This document shows, piece by piece, positions 1-8,438 of a stretch of 64,000 nt of DNA (position 1 is its first letter; every line of letters begins with the position of its first letter). A program made the translations under genes and the position numbers. The stretch is taken from NCBI GenBank assembly GCA_045541795.1, contig JAZQJV010000018.1:118236-182235 (forward strand). Reading direction: 5' to 3'. The notes below the pieces were generated by a model that saw only the letters and a program-made list of their open reading frames with translations, had not been told where the DNA came from and made no database searches. This DNA comes from Patescibacteria group bacterium (lineage in GTDB: Bacteria; Patescibacteriota; Microgenomatia; UBA1400; PJMF01).

Positions 1-28
1 CTCAAATGTAGTGGCGGTAAACAACCCC

Positions 29-57
29 TTGACAAAACAAATATTTCTGGTATAATC
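29..57 (+). promoter_or_regulatory. Consensus sigma70 promoter: TTGACA, 17-nt spacer, TATAAT (TG-extended)
   Basis: Sequence ttgacaaaacaaatatttctggtataat is read directly. No annotated gene follows before the terminator at about 326-354. Confidence 0.55.
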
Positions 58-152
58 AGAGTTGTTCTTTGATATTGATTGCCGCTGCCGATTGCATGGC
101 GGTTTGGCGATCCGATAAAGACAAAATCTGGTTTTGCAGGAGGTGGCGGCCA

Positions 153-203
153 ATGATTGTGCGTTTGATGACGACTATGATTACAGATTGGGCGAACATC
201 TAG
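153..203 (+). CDS. Micro-ORF of 16 aa (MIVRLMTTMITDWANI) with a strong Shine-Dalgarno sequence (gcaggaggtgg) 6-7 nt upstream
   Basis: Read directly. It lies inside a promoter-to-terminator unit of about 300 nt. Function unknown (small peptide or sRNA). Confidence 0.2.
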   Translation: MIVRLMTTMITDWANI

Positions 204-325
204 CTCTCAAAAGAAGTGGGACGACAGATAGGAAAAATGCGCTTTTGGGCAGACTGATGGGCTCTACACTGTCAGTCTAGGAAGCAAAGCTGTACCATTG
301 CAAATTCGGAAATAAGGTTCAATTA

Positions 326-354
326 GCCCCGGAAATAATCCCGGGGCTTTTTTT
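326..354 (+). terminator. Rho-independent terminator: gccccgg, loop aaataat, ccggggc, then T7
   Basis: A perfect 7-bp GC stem followed by seven T residues. Confidence 0.7.
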
Positions 355-388
355 ACACAGATACAGGCAGGTAAAACACACAGGTTAA

Positions 389-565
389 GTGGGTAAAGAA
401 TTATCTAGTAATCGCACTGAACACGTAATTTATTTGCTTGACGAGCCAACCACTGGTTTGCATTTTGAGGATGTACAGCGATTGCTTTCGATTTTAAGTT
501 CGCTGGTAGGACAAAACTCCAAGTCATGGACAGGTAAGTTTTTGGTCACTGAATTGGCGCGTTAG
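389..565 (+). pseudogene. uvrA: UvrA C-terminal fragment, roughly a 58-codon remnant
   Basis: Translation ...[37 protein letters not shown]... carries the UvrA-specific [10 protein letters not shown] Walker-B region. The frame is closed by stops on both sides with no upstream part of the gene. Confidence 0.5.
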
Positions 566-834
566 TCGCAGAGAGTAATGTTTAGTTTTTGTGATGAATT
601 ACCCCGACCTTACGGTCGGGGTTATGGACAAATGTGATATGAATTATTTTGAACAATTATGTCTACTCAAAATTATAGTGACTACGCCCAGATTAACCTG
701 ATAACACCTATTGAATATGATCACTATTCAATTAGTTTGTTTAGGTTTTATCAATGTGAAAATTAATAAGTTGCCCAGCACGAGTTTGTTATAATCGGCT
801 TTAGGTTAATAATTTGTCTGGTCACCAGGCATAA

Positions 835-1374
835 GTGCCAACATTATTAACTGGAGGTTATATCACTTTTGCCTGGAAATCCATATGCGACCATCATGAC
901 TATAATCGTATTGATTTGCATGCCTTTAGACTGGACAATAGCTTTACTTATACAGTTTCACTTACAGTCAATTATGACAAGGTTAATCTTTTAGAGAAAC
1001 TGCCAGTCTTACCAAAGTTCGAACAATTATTTATAACTTTCAATCAACCACAAATGCTACTGACCGATACTTTATTGTGGCACGCTGATCGTTGTTACCA
1101 ATTTCAGGGACAAACATTCAATTATGTCCTCATCAGAGCACTGGTAAAAGCCAATGGAGAAATTCCCTGGAACGATCAGCTGCTGCTGATGTATGATCCT
1201 GGTCCTCTTCATCTAAGTAGCTCGAAAATAGATGATAGAAGTACTTTAATTTGTCGTGCTATAGATGACCTTAACTTGGAGCTCAAACAAAAACTTAAAA
1301 TGAATTTTACACCGATACACAGACGTAAAAATAAATTTATTAAATTTGATAAACAAATTATACTATCGACATAG
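835..1374 (+). CDS. Hypothetical protein in the AT-rich region
   Basis: ORF of 179 aa with no recognisable motif. Its low GC matches the surrounding island. Confidence 0.35.
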   Translation: MPTLLTGGYITFAWKSICDHHDYNRIDLHAFRLDNSFTYTVSLTVNYDKVNLLEKLPVLPKFEQLFITFNQPQMLLTDTLLWHADRCYQFQGQTFNYVLIRALVKANGEIPWNDQLLLMYDPGPLHLSSSKIDDRSTLICRAIDDLNLELKQKLKMNFTPIHRRKNKFIKFDKQIILST

Positions 1375-1469
1375 ACTCACTTAGCTGGAGTTACTCTAGG
1401 CTCAGTTTTTGCTTCTCTGGTAGTTTAATATCCCTGTCTAGAAATTAGTCGAGGCTATTAAACGACCGC

Positions 1470-1679
1470 ATGAGACAGAGCACAATAGTAGTACCAGCTC
1501 GCACCGACATCGGGAAAAAATATCGTACTAGCTACGACCCTATATCAGAGCAGGACGTTCACGATTTTATTGCTGCCGTTAAGGCAGATAGTGGATGGGT
1601 ATTGAAGTTTGATGAGGCAAAACAAACAGCCAATGATTTAATAGAGTTGGCCAAATTAGTCAATAAATATCAGGAATAA
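1470..1679 (+). CDS. Hypothetical small protein (69 aa)
   Basis: ORF only. It sits just upstream of the YhcG-like gene. Confidence 0.3.
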   Translation: MRQSTIVVPARTDIGKKYRTSYDPISEQDVHDFIAAVKADSGWVLKFDEAKQTANDLIELAKLVNKYQE

Positions 1680-1735
1680 CTGTCTTAAAAGTCTTGCATT
1701 TTTAATCAATTTGTGATATAAAGACCACATTAATT

Positions 1736-2824
1736 ATGACAAACACAAAAAAGATCCAGACAGTTACTAGTAACGATATGTCGATGTCTAATGATCAAGA
1801 GTATCGGGAATGGTTAGTCGACTTAAAAACAAGATATCAACATAGTCGCATTAAAGCATCTATAAAAATTAATTATGAGGTCATTTTTTATTACTGGTCT
1901 GTTGGTCGTGACATTGTGATTAAAAAAGCCGAATCAAAATGGGGTAGTGGTTTTTATGATAATTTGAGTCGCGATCTACGACGAGAATTACCTGGTATAC
2001 AGGGATTATCAAAAACAAATCTCAAATACATGAAGTACTTTTATGATCTTTTTCCAGATGTGTTTACTGATAAGTCAATTCGTCCACAAGTTGTGGACGA
2101 ATTGGAGCAAATACCTTGGGGACATATCCGATATATTATAGATAAGTGTCGCGGTGATCAACAAAAGGTGATATTTTTCATCAATAAGACCGTGGAAAAC
2201 AACTGGTCGAGAGCAATGCTGCTAAATTTCCTGGATACAGATCTTTACGAGAGGCAAGGGAAGGCGATTACGAATTTTACCAATAAGTTAGCTTCGCCTC
2301 AAGGAGAATTAGCTCAACAGCTTACCAAAGATCCTTACAGTTTTGACTTTCTTACTATGAGAGAAAACTATCAAGAAAAAGAGCTTAAGGATGCCCTGAT
2401 TGCTAATATTGAAAGATTTCTGCTGGAACTTGGCAAAGGTTTTGCTTATATGGGACGGGAATACCGCTTACAAATCGGTGAAACTGAAAAATTTATAGAT
2501 ATGCTCTTTTACAACACTGTCCTGCGTTGTTACGTGGTAGTAGAAGTCAAAGTGGAGAAATTTGAATCCGGACATTTAGGGCAATTGGGATTGTATGTGA
2601 CCGCGGTTAATCATCAGCTCAAAAACGAAACTGACAATCCCACTATCGGTCTGTTGATTTGCAAGAGCAAAGAGAATGTGGTGGCGAAATACTCGCTAGA
2701 AAGCATGGCGGTGCCGATCGGAATATCAGAATATGAGTTGCAAAAAATCTATCCCGCTGATTTCAAGAGTAGTTTGCCAACGATAGAGGAGATAGAGAAT
2801 GAGCTGGCTGATAATAACGATTAG
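1736..2824 (+). CDS. YhcG/DUF1016-family PD-(D/E)xK nuclease-like protein (copy 1)
   Basis: The N-terminal DUF1016-like region (YYWSVGRDIV...KAESKWGSGF...DLSRDL) and the C-terminal PD-ExK motif (FIDMLFYN...CYVVVEVK) are typical of the YhcG family. A paralog lies at 5609-6736. Confidence 0.65.
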   Translation: MTNTKKIQTVTSNDMSMSNDQEYREWLVDLKTRYQHSRIKASIKINYEVIFYYWSVGRDIVIKKAESKWGSGFYDNLSRDLRRELPGIQGLSKTNLKYMKYFYDLFPDVFTDKSIRPQVVDELEQIPWGHIRYIIDKCRGDQQKVIFFINKTVENNWSRAMLLNFLDTDLYERQGKAITNFTNKLASPQGELAQQLTKDPYSFDFLTMRENYQEKELKDALIANIERFLLELGKGFAYMGREYRLQIGETEKFIDMLFYNTVLRCYVVVEVKVEKFESGHLGQLGLYVTAVNHQLKNETDNPTIGLLICKSKENVVAKYSLESMAVPIGISEYELQKIYPADFKSSLPTIEEIENELADNND

Positions 2825-2845
2825 TAAAAATTAAGGTAATAACAT

Positions 2846-4273
2846 ATGTTCACACCTTTTGGCAAGAATCTCGACAATCTAAGTTTTGAAGACATTCAAA
2901 AATTTTGCGATAAAGGTGTTGCTGAAAATATTTATATTGATTACAAGAAAGAAATTAATCAGAAGAATGATCATCTTGCCAAAACTATTGCGTCCTTTGC
3001 TAATACACATGGCGGCTGGATAATAATTGGAGTAGAAGATAAGAATGATCGTCCAAACTCTCCATTTAACGGGATTGACTATACAGATGGAATAGAGTCT
3101 AGTATAACTACTATAATTGTTGACAATATTTATCCATATGTCGAAGTTACATCAAAGGTTATTGTCAACCATGATAATAAAAGAGCTTTTGTTGTAGTGT
3201 ATGTCCCAGAAAGTCATAAAACACCACATTGGATTAACAGCAGAAGGGATCTTTATATTAGAGCTAATACTAGAACAAAAACTGGCAGAGATGATATTAA
3301 GAATAAAAACGAAGACTTGGATATTTACGCCACTTCTGAAAATTGGGAATTCTTAAGAAATAAAAGGGAAAGGTCTCAACAACTGGCAATAGAATTGGAA
3401 ACAGCTTTAAATCGTTTGTTTCTATCATATAAAGATAAAGAAGAACGTTTGTGGTATCAAAATAACGAAAAAGTTAAAAATAATCCGTCGCTGCAAAGTA
3501 TAATATCTGAAGATATGGATACACTCGACTGTGCAGATCCAAGTATCACAACAATTAAAAATAGGCGAGAGTTCAGAAGCGAATGTTATCATGATAACAT
3601 TAGTATTATTGTCCAGCCAGTTTTCCCATCATACGCTATTTCTTCACCGCGTGATTTGAGAGAACACTATTCGTCTAACAGCGGTGCAAACCTCACTAAC
3701 GTTGGTTCACTTGACGAAAACTACAAACTTGATTATTTTCAAAACGGGATAGTAACTTTTTTTACTCCCGACAATAAGACAGGCAACCATTGCGCATTTT
3801 TTGCTCAAGACATCTTTGGTTCGTGCATGGTAAAACACAAGATAGTTCAACACAATCGAAAGAAGATTGATAACTACCAGGGTTATGAAGTGCCGCCAAA
3901 TAGTAACATTATTGACTTTGAATACTTGATAGTTTATATTGAACAATTTTTAAAATATGCATCAGTTTTTTATAAACAAATTGGTTATTTAGGCGAACTT
4001 AGACTTAAGGTGGTCATGAATGTGCCAGAATGGTCATATATGATAATTCATGATTCAACCAAGAATTTTCCGCTTGCATATAGTAATTCTGATAAATATT
4101 TTCTTTGGGAGAAAGTTTTTATTAATGCTGATTTTGTTAACGATCAAGAACGAAATAAAATACTAAATACTATGTATGAAAGTATTGGATTCTTTTTTAA
4201 TTGTGACGAAATTCCTAAACAAATAATTAATAATCTGAGAAAGAATCCAAATAATGCTAATGAGCAACTTTAA
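2846..4273 (+). CDS. AlbA_2 (Schlafen-like, divergent AAA-4) domain protein with an uncharacterised C-terminal region of about 350 aa
   Basis: The N-terminal motif TIASFANTHGGWIIIGVED matches the AlbA_2 DNA-binding domain signature. It lies 21 nt after the YhcG-like gene with an SD (aaggt), so a two-gene operon is likely. Confidence 0.6.
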   Translation: MFTPFGKNLDNLSFEDIQKFCDKGVAENIYIDYKKEINQKNDHLAKTIASFANTHGGWIIIGVEDKNDRPNSPFNGIDYTDGIESSITTIIVDNIYPYVEVTSKVIVNHDNKRAFVVVYVPESHKTPHWINSRRDLYIRANTRTKTGRDDIKNKNEDLDIYATSENWEFLRNKRERSQQLAIELETALNRLFLSYKDKEERLWYQNNEKVKNNPSLQSIISEDMDTLDCADPSITTIKNRREFRSECYHDNISIIVQPVFPSYAISSPRDLREHYSSNSGANLTNVGSLDENYKLDYFQNGIVTFFTPDNKTGNHCAFFAQDIFGSCMVKHKIVQHNRKKIDNYQGYEVPPNSNIIDFEYLIVYIEQFLKYASVFYKQIGYLGELRLKVVMNVPEWSYMIIHDSTKNFPLAYSNSDKYFLWEKVFINADFVNDQERNKILNTMYESIGFFFNCDEIPKQIINNLRKNPNNANEQL

Positions 4274-4299
4274 CTTCCCGTCTCAAAAACTCCCCAATC

Positions 4300-4365
4300 A
4301 TGCTATAATCAACCTCAAGTAACTGGGTTCGGATTTCCCGCCAGAAACCACCAAAAAATAGGATA
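4300..4365. repeat. Direct repeat copy 1: TATAAT box, 15 nt, then conserved 30-mer gggttcggatttcccgccagaaaccacc
   Basis: Aligns over about 65 bp with 6835-6902. The 30-mer (4325-4352) is identical apart from one base. Confidence 0.7.
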
Positions 4366-4423
4366 TTGAAGTACGCAAATTATATCCATATAAAAACGAT
4401 ATTTTAAGCAAATTATTTGGTAT

Positions 4424-5602
4424 TTAATCATTATTGTTAATGTTTAAAAGTAATTGTAATCTTTTCATGATTTCATCGAATGTTATTATTATATTTCTGG
4501 AAACACTCTTTCTGAATAAGTTGAACGATCTTTCTTGTTCTTCAAGAAGTCCTGATTTGTTACCGATAATAATTATTCCTAATGGATCAAGAGCATTCAA
4601 GCGGTTATCTTCATAATCTTTTCCAATAAGAGTTGAAAAATTATCACTCGCAATTCTAATTTGATTTTCTAGTTGAACTATCGCACCACTCAATTCGTCA
4701 GACATGGAATAGCACACATTCTCTCCAACGGCATCTGAATTGCCTCTATATTGATGTCCAATAATGGCACTTTGCGGTGTTTTAATTTCAATAACTGCAA
4801 AGCTTTTATTTGAAAGATTTTGCAAAAGAAAATCAGCGGCGACTCCTCCTTGGCCGTTTCTTCCACGACTGTTCTTTCCTCCTAGATATGTTTCGCCATT
4901 CAAATAACAGACTGGACAATAAAACAAACTCTCAAAAATCCACTGATTTTCTGTGAAGAATGCTTGCCAAAAGTTTTCTTTTTGGTTATTATTCATATTT
5001 TTCGCAATTGTATTAATTGCATTCTGCAATTTGGCTAGTAATATAATATTTTCTAATACTCTGATGTTTCCTTTTCCTAAATCTCTTAACTTGGTAATAA
5101 CCATTTCCTTATTTTTAATATCGCCAATTTGCAATAAAACACTTTCTATATTTCCTTCTCCAATAGATATTGTTGTGGTTCCAAATTTAATACCGTTTTC
5201 ATTTAGAGTCTCTCTAATTAACGGTAAATGCTCAAAGAGATTTTTCATGGCTTCACCATCAAGGTTGAGATCATAAAATTCTCCTTTTCTTAACTTAGTA
5301 ACAGATAGGCCTTTATAACTTTGCCAGTTGTCATTAATTCCTTTTCTTTCCCATCTGAAACCTCCTCGCAATGGTTTGTCAGTTTGAGATGGGTCTACCC
5401 ACTTTGGGTAAAAAAGTAATCTTGTGCTTTCAGTTTCTTTTAGTATAATTGGGGAAATATCAGCGGTTTTATTGGAAGTAGATTTTATTGTTATATCTTT
5501 TGATTCTTTCTGTTTGTCTGTAAATCCCTTGCGAGGTAGCGTGAAATCTATTTCTCCTGAAATATTGCTAAAATCATATTTTGGAGTCATGGTGGCTTTC
5601 AA
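4424..5602 (-). CDS. Shedu-like (DUF4263) PD-(D/E)xK nuclease
   Basis: Of 392 aa. The C-terminal half carries WQAFFTENQWIFESLF, ADFLL and VIEIKTP (a D...ExK motif), and ends in NIIITFDEI, as DUF4263/SduA-type proteins do. It lies 6 nt downstream of YhcG-like copy 2 in the same orientation. Confidence 0.5.
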   Translation of the reverse strand: MKATMTPKYDFSNISGEIDFTLPRKGFTDKQKESKDITIKSTSNKTADISPIILKETESTRLLFYPKWVDPSQTDKPLRGGFRWERKGINDNWQSYKGLSVTKLRKGEFYDLNLDGEAMKNLFEHLPLIRETLNENGIKFGTTTISIGEGNIESVLLQIGDIKNKEMVITKLRDLGKGNIRVLENIILLAKLQNAINTIAKNMNNNQKENFWQAFFTENQWIFESLFYCPVCYLNGETYLGGKNSRGRNGQGGVAADFLLQNLSNKSFAVIEIKTPQSAIIGHQYRGNSDAVGENVCYSMSDELSGAIVQLENQIRIASDNFSTLIGKDYEDNRLNALDPLGIIIIGNKSGLLEEQERSFNLFRKSVSRNIIITFDEIMKRLQLLLNINNND

Positions 5603-5608
5603 TCAAAA

Positions 5609-6736
5609 TTACCTATTTGCTTCTAGCAACTTTTTCTCTATCTCCTCTATCGTCGGCATCGTTCCTTCCACCTTTTGCGGATACAACTTCTCCAGTTCGT
5701 ACTCCGAAATTCCCAATGGTTGATTGCTAGATTCCAAAGCATACTGAGCGATTAAATTATCTTTTTGCTTGCAAATGAGCAAACCGATAGTCGGATTATC
5801 TCGTCCTTCTTTTTGTAAAAGGTGATTGCAAGAAACCACGTAACCGCCAAGTTGCCCCAAATCGGCAAAATCAAATTCGCCAATTTTCACTTCAACCACA
5901 ACGTAACAAGACAACTGTAAATTATAGAAAAGCAAATCAATAAATTTTTCTTTCTCGCCGATTTGCAGTCGATACTCTTTTCCCACATACGCGAAGCCCG
6001 TGCCAAGTTCTAATAAAAATTTGGTTATATTTTCTAGCAGGGCATCTTTTAATTTACGTTCATTGTATTTATCGGTAATACCAGTAAAAGCAAAATTATA
6101 TGGATCTTTTGTTAATTCCTGAGCTAAATCGCTAGTAACATTGGGTAAGGTTTTGCCAAAATTCGTCAATGCTTTTCCTCGTCGATCATAAAGATCGGTT
6201 TCAATAAAATTGAGTAGCATATCTCGGCTCCAACCATTTTCTATTGTTTGGTGAACAAAAAAGAGTGCTTTTTGTGGTTCTGTTTTGAATTTATCAATTA
6301 ACAGCTTATGATGGCCCCACGGAACAGAAAAAATGTCGCTTTCAATTTTCTCAATGACTTGCTGAGTAATTACATTACTTTCTATTTGCTCCCCAACTTG
6401 GGGAGCAATTTCGAAATATTGATGGTAAAGTATATAAAAGTTTTTCATGTACAACAAATTTGTCGGCGAAAAACACGTTGCGTCAGGATTGAGAGTTTTA
6501 AGGTCTCGGCTGAGATTTTTCATGAAACCACTGCTCCATTTACTTTCGGCTTTCATTACCACAATGTCTCTGCCCAAATCATAGTAAAAACGAAGCATTT
6601 CCCGATTAACTTTTACTGCTGCTCTAACTTGGCTCAAGCGATAACGAGAAGAAAGCTTCCCAATCCACGAGGCATAATTTTCATCTAGAATTGTTAGTGA
6701 CTGAACTTGTTTTGCAACCTGTTTTTTCTCTGTCAT
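5609..6736 (-). CDS. YhcG/DUF1016-family PD-(D/E)xK nuclease-like protein (copy 2)
   Basis: Clearly paralogous to 1736-2824 (RFYYDLGRDIVVMKAESKWSSGF; FIDLLFYN...CYVVVEVK). It is the first gene of the minus-strand two-gene operon. Confidence 0.65.
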   Translation of the reverse strand: MTEKKQVAKQVQSLTILDENYASWIGKLSSRYRLSQVRAAVKVNREMLRFYYDLGRDIVVMKAESKWSSGFMKNLSRDLKTLNPDATCFSPTNLLYMKNFYILYHQYFEIAPQVGEQIESNVITQQVIEKIESDIFSVPWGHHKLLIDKFKTEPQKALFFVHQTIENGWSRDMLLNFIETDLYDRRGKALTNFGKTLPNVTSDLAQELTKDPYNFAFTGITDKYNERKLKDALLENITKFLLELGTGFAYVGKEYRLQIGEKEKFIDLLFYNLQLSCYVVVEVKIGEFDFADLGQLGGYVVSCNHLLQKEGRDNPTIGLLICKQKDNLIAQYALESSNQPLGISEYELEKLYPQKVEGTMPTIEEIEKKLLEANR

Positions 6737-6834
6737 AGTGGCTATTACTTATAGCACAATAACGCTATTTTGTCAATACTGATAATTAATTATTATTGGC
6801 ATTTATTTTCAATTCTTGCAAAAACAACTTCATA

Positions 6835-6902
6835 CTGTTATAATCAGTTTCAAATAATTGGGTGCGGATTTCCCGCCAGAAACCACCCCAAAAAGATGGG
6901 AT
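6835..6902. repeat. Direct repeat copy 2: TATAAT box, 15 nt, then conserved 30-mer (6860-6887)
   Basis: Same spacing and sequence as copy 1. Here it serves as promoter and leader of the zinc-ribbon/TM2 gene. Confidence 0.7.
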
Positions 6903-6922
6903 TACTGCGATGAAAGTGAAAC

Positions 6923-7256
6923 ATGACAGATGAAAAAACAAAATACTGTAAACATTGCGGTTCGCTTATTGATGTAGAATTGCATAATATGCCCGAAGTG
7001 TGGCAAGCAGGTCGAACAAGTAAAAGCCGAGCTTCCAAATGTAGTGATCAATAACAATAACACCAATTCGAATATAAACTATGCTGGTGCTGTGGGGAGC
7101 GGGCGGCCTATCAATAAGTGGATAGCTTTGGGTTTATGTCTTTTTCTGGGCATATTCGGTGCTCATAAGTTTTATGAAGGAAAGATTGGCATGGGAATAT
7201 TGTATTTGTTTACATTTGGTTTGTTTAGTCTTGGTTGGTTTTTAGATATTTTTTAA
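6923..7256 (+). pseudogene. Zinc-ribbon plus TM2-domain membrane protein split by an apparent +1 frameshift
   Basis: Frame A reads MTDEKTKYCKHCGSLIDVELHN.... The TM2 frame reads ...CPKCGKQVEQVKAELPNVV then INNNN...GAHKFYEGKIGMGILYLF (TM2 domain). The two CxxC halves of one zinc ribbon sit in different frames around position 6989. Confidence 0.5.
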
Positions 7257-7355
7257 TCCTAACAAAGCCTAATCCTTATTACATATAATACTTTTACATT
7301 TGCGTTTTTATTATAACTACGTTATAATAACACAAACTTTAAGGAAAATATAAAC

Positions 7356-8429
7356 ATGAAAAATCATCGAAAATTCCATCCTCGCATTATTGTCAATATC
7401 ATCTGTCTTTTTTCATTGGCATTATCTCACATTATTTTTTCGCTACCGATTAAAATAATTGATACAGTTTATGCCGTCGAGCGTGAAACTGTCACTGTGA
7501 GCCGTGTGATTGATGGTGATACAATCGTTTTGAATGATGGGCGAAAGGTTAGATATATTGGAATTGATACACCAGAAACAGTTCATCCAACAAAAAATGT
7601 GCAGTGTTTTGGGAAACAAGCCAGTAACAAAAATAGAGAATTAGTCCTTGGTAAAACTGTGGAACTGGAAAAAGATATCAGTGAAACTGATCGCTATGGA
7701 CGTTTACTCAGATATGTATATTTGGATGGCGTCATGATTAATCATAAATTAGTCGCTGAAGGTTATGCCACAACCGTAACCTATCCTCCAGATGTTAAGT
7801 ATAAAGAAGAATTCTCCAAAGCTCAGGCGCAGGCAAGACAAGCAAGACTTGGGCTATGGGGTAATGAATGCAACGAAAGCAGCAGCACTCACGCATCCTC
7901 AAACAACAATGCTAGCTCAAATACAAATAAAATGGATTCGTCAAGCACATCGTCATCATCTCAAAACAACAAAACTCAAAATGACCATGAAGGCAACCAA
8001 GCTTCTACTCAACCAACTAACACTAGCGCACAAAAATGTCCATCAAATTGTAGTGAGGCCAAAAGCATGGGAATGGTTAACATTACACCGTCGCATCCAT
8101 GCTGGCAAGAAAAATTTGATGGCGATAAAGATGGCGTGGGTTGTGAAAGTGACAACCGGTCTACCAATACAAAAACAACTAACAAATCCAATAATGTCAA
8201 TAAACAGACCAGTGCTACGCCGGCACCCACGCCAGTGCCAAGTCGCGCCCCAACGCCAGAACCAACCCCACCGCCTACGTCAGTGCCAGCTCCAGCTGCG
8301 CCAACCCAATCTTGTCCAAATAACTGTACCCAAGCAAAGGCAATGGGAATGGCCAATATGACACCTTCTCATCCTTGTTGGCAATCTAAATTTGACCGAG
8401 ATAAAGACGGTATTGGTTGCGAAGACTAG
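7356..8429 (+). CDS. Secreted thermonuclease (SNase-like) with two C-terminal Excalibur calcium-binding domains
   Basis: SNase motifs are RYIGIDTPE and DRYGRLLRYVY. Two repeats of C..C...MG..N.TPSHPCW..KFD.DKDG.GCE follow. An N-terminal TM or signal segment is present. Confidence 0.75.
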   Translation: MKNHRKFHPRIIVNIICLFSLALSHIIFSLPIKIIDTVYAVERETVTVSRVIDGDTIVLNDGRKVRYIGIDTPETVHPTKNVQCFGKQASNKNRELVLGKTVELEKDISETDRYGRLLRYVYLDGVMINHKLVAEGYATTVTYPPDVKYKEEFSKAQAQARQARLGLWGNECNESSSTHASSNNNASSNTNKMDSSSTSSSSQNNKTQNDHEGNQASTQPTNTSAQKCPSNCSEAKSMGMVNITPSHPCWQEKFDGDKDGVGCESDNRSTNTKTTNKSNNVNKQTSATPAPTPVPSRAPTPEPTPPPTSVPAPAAPTQSCPNNCTQAKAMGMANMTPSHPCWQSKFDRDKDGIGCED

Positions 8430-8438
8430 AAAGTAAAA

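Noticed and set aside
596-622. Hairpin ccccgacc, loop ttac, ggtcgggg downstream of the uvrA remnant, considered as a terminator
   Set aside because: It is followed by ttatggac rather than a U-tract, and no T-run lies on the opposite strand either. Kept only as a possible weak structure.
3707-3946. Antisense and alternate-frame ORFs inside confident genes (3707-3946, 4953-5276, 6308-6688, 8009-8356, 12675-13100, 33598-33858, 35047-35454, 41623-42015, 52802-53278 and others)
   Set aside because: They are embedded in well-supported coding regions on the opposite strand or in another frame. They show low-complexity or codon-shadow translations and lack starts with promoters or RBS.
4325-4352. 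The conserved 30-mer (gggttcggatttcccgccagaaaccacc) superficially resembles a tRNA T-arm plus a 3' acceptor end (att-site-like)
   Set aside because: Neither copy has an upstream acceptor-stem complement, D-arm or anticodon arm. The T-loop-like segment lacks the conserved A58. A fixed 15-nt spacing from a TATAAT box fits a promoter-leader element better.
7792-8361. ORF of 189 aa in an alternate frame inside the thermonuclease gene
   Set aside because: It arises from the Ser/Asn/Thr low-complexity linker and Pro-rich region. The nuclease frame carries the recognisable SNase and Excalibur motifs.
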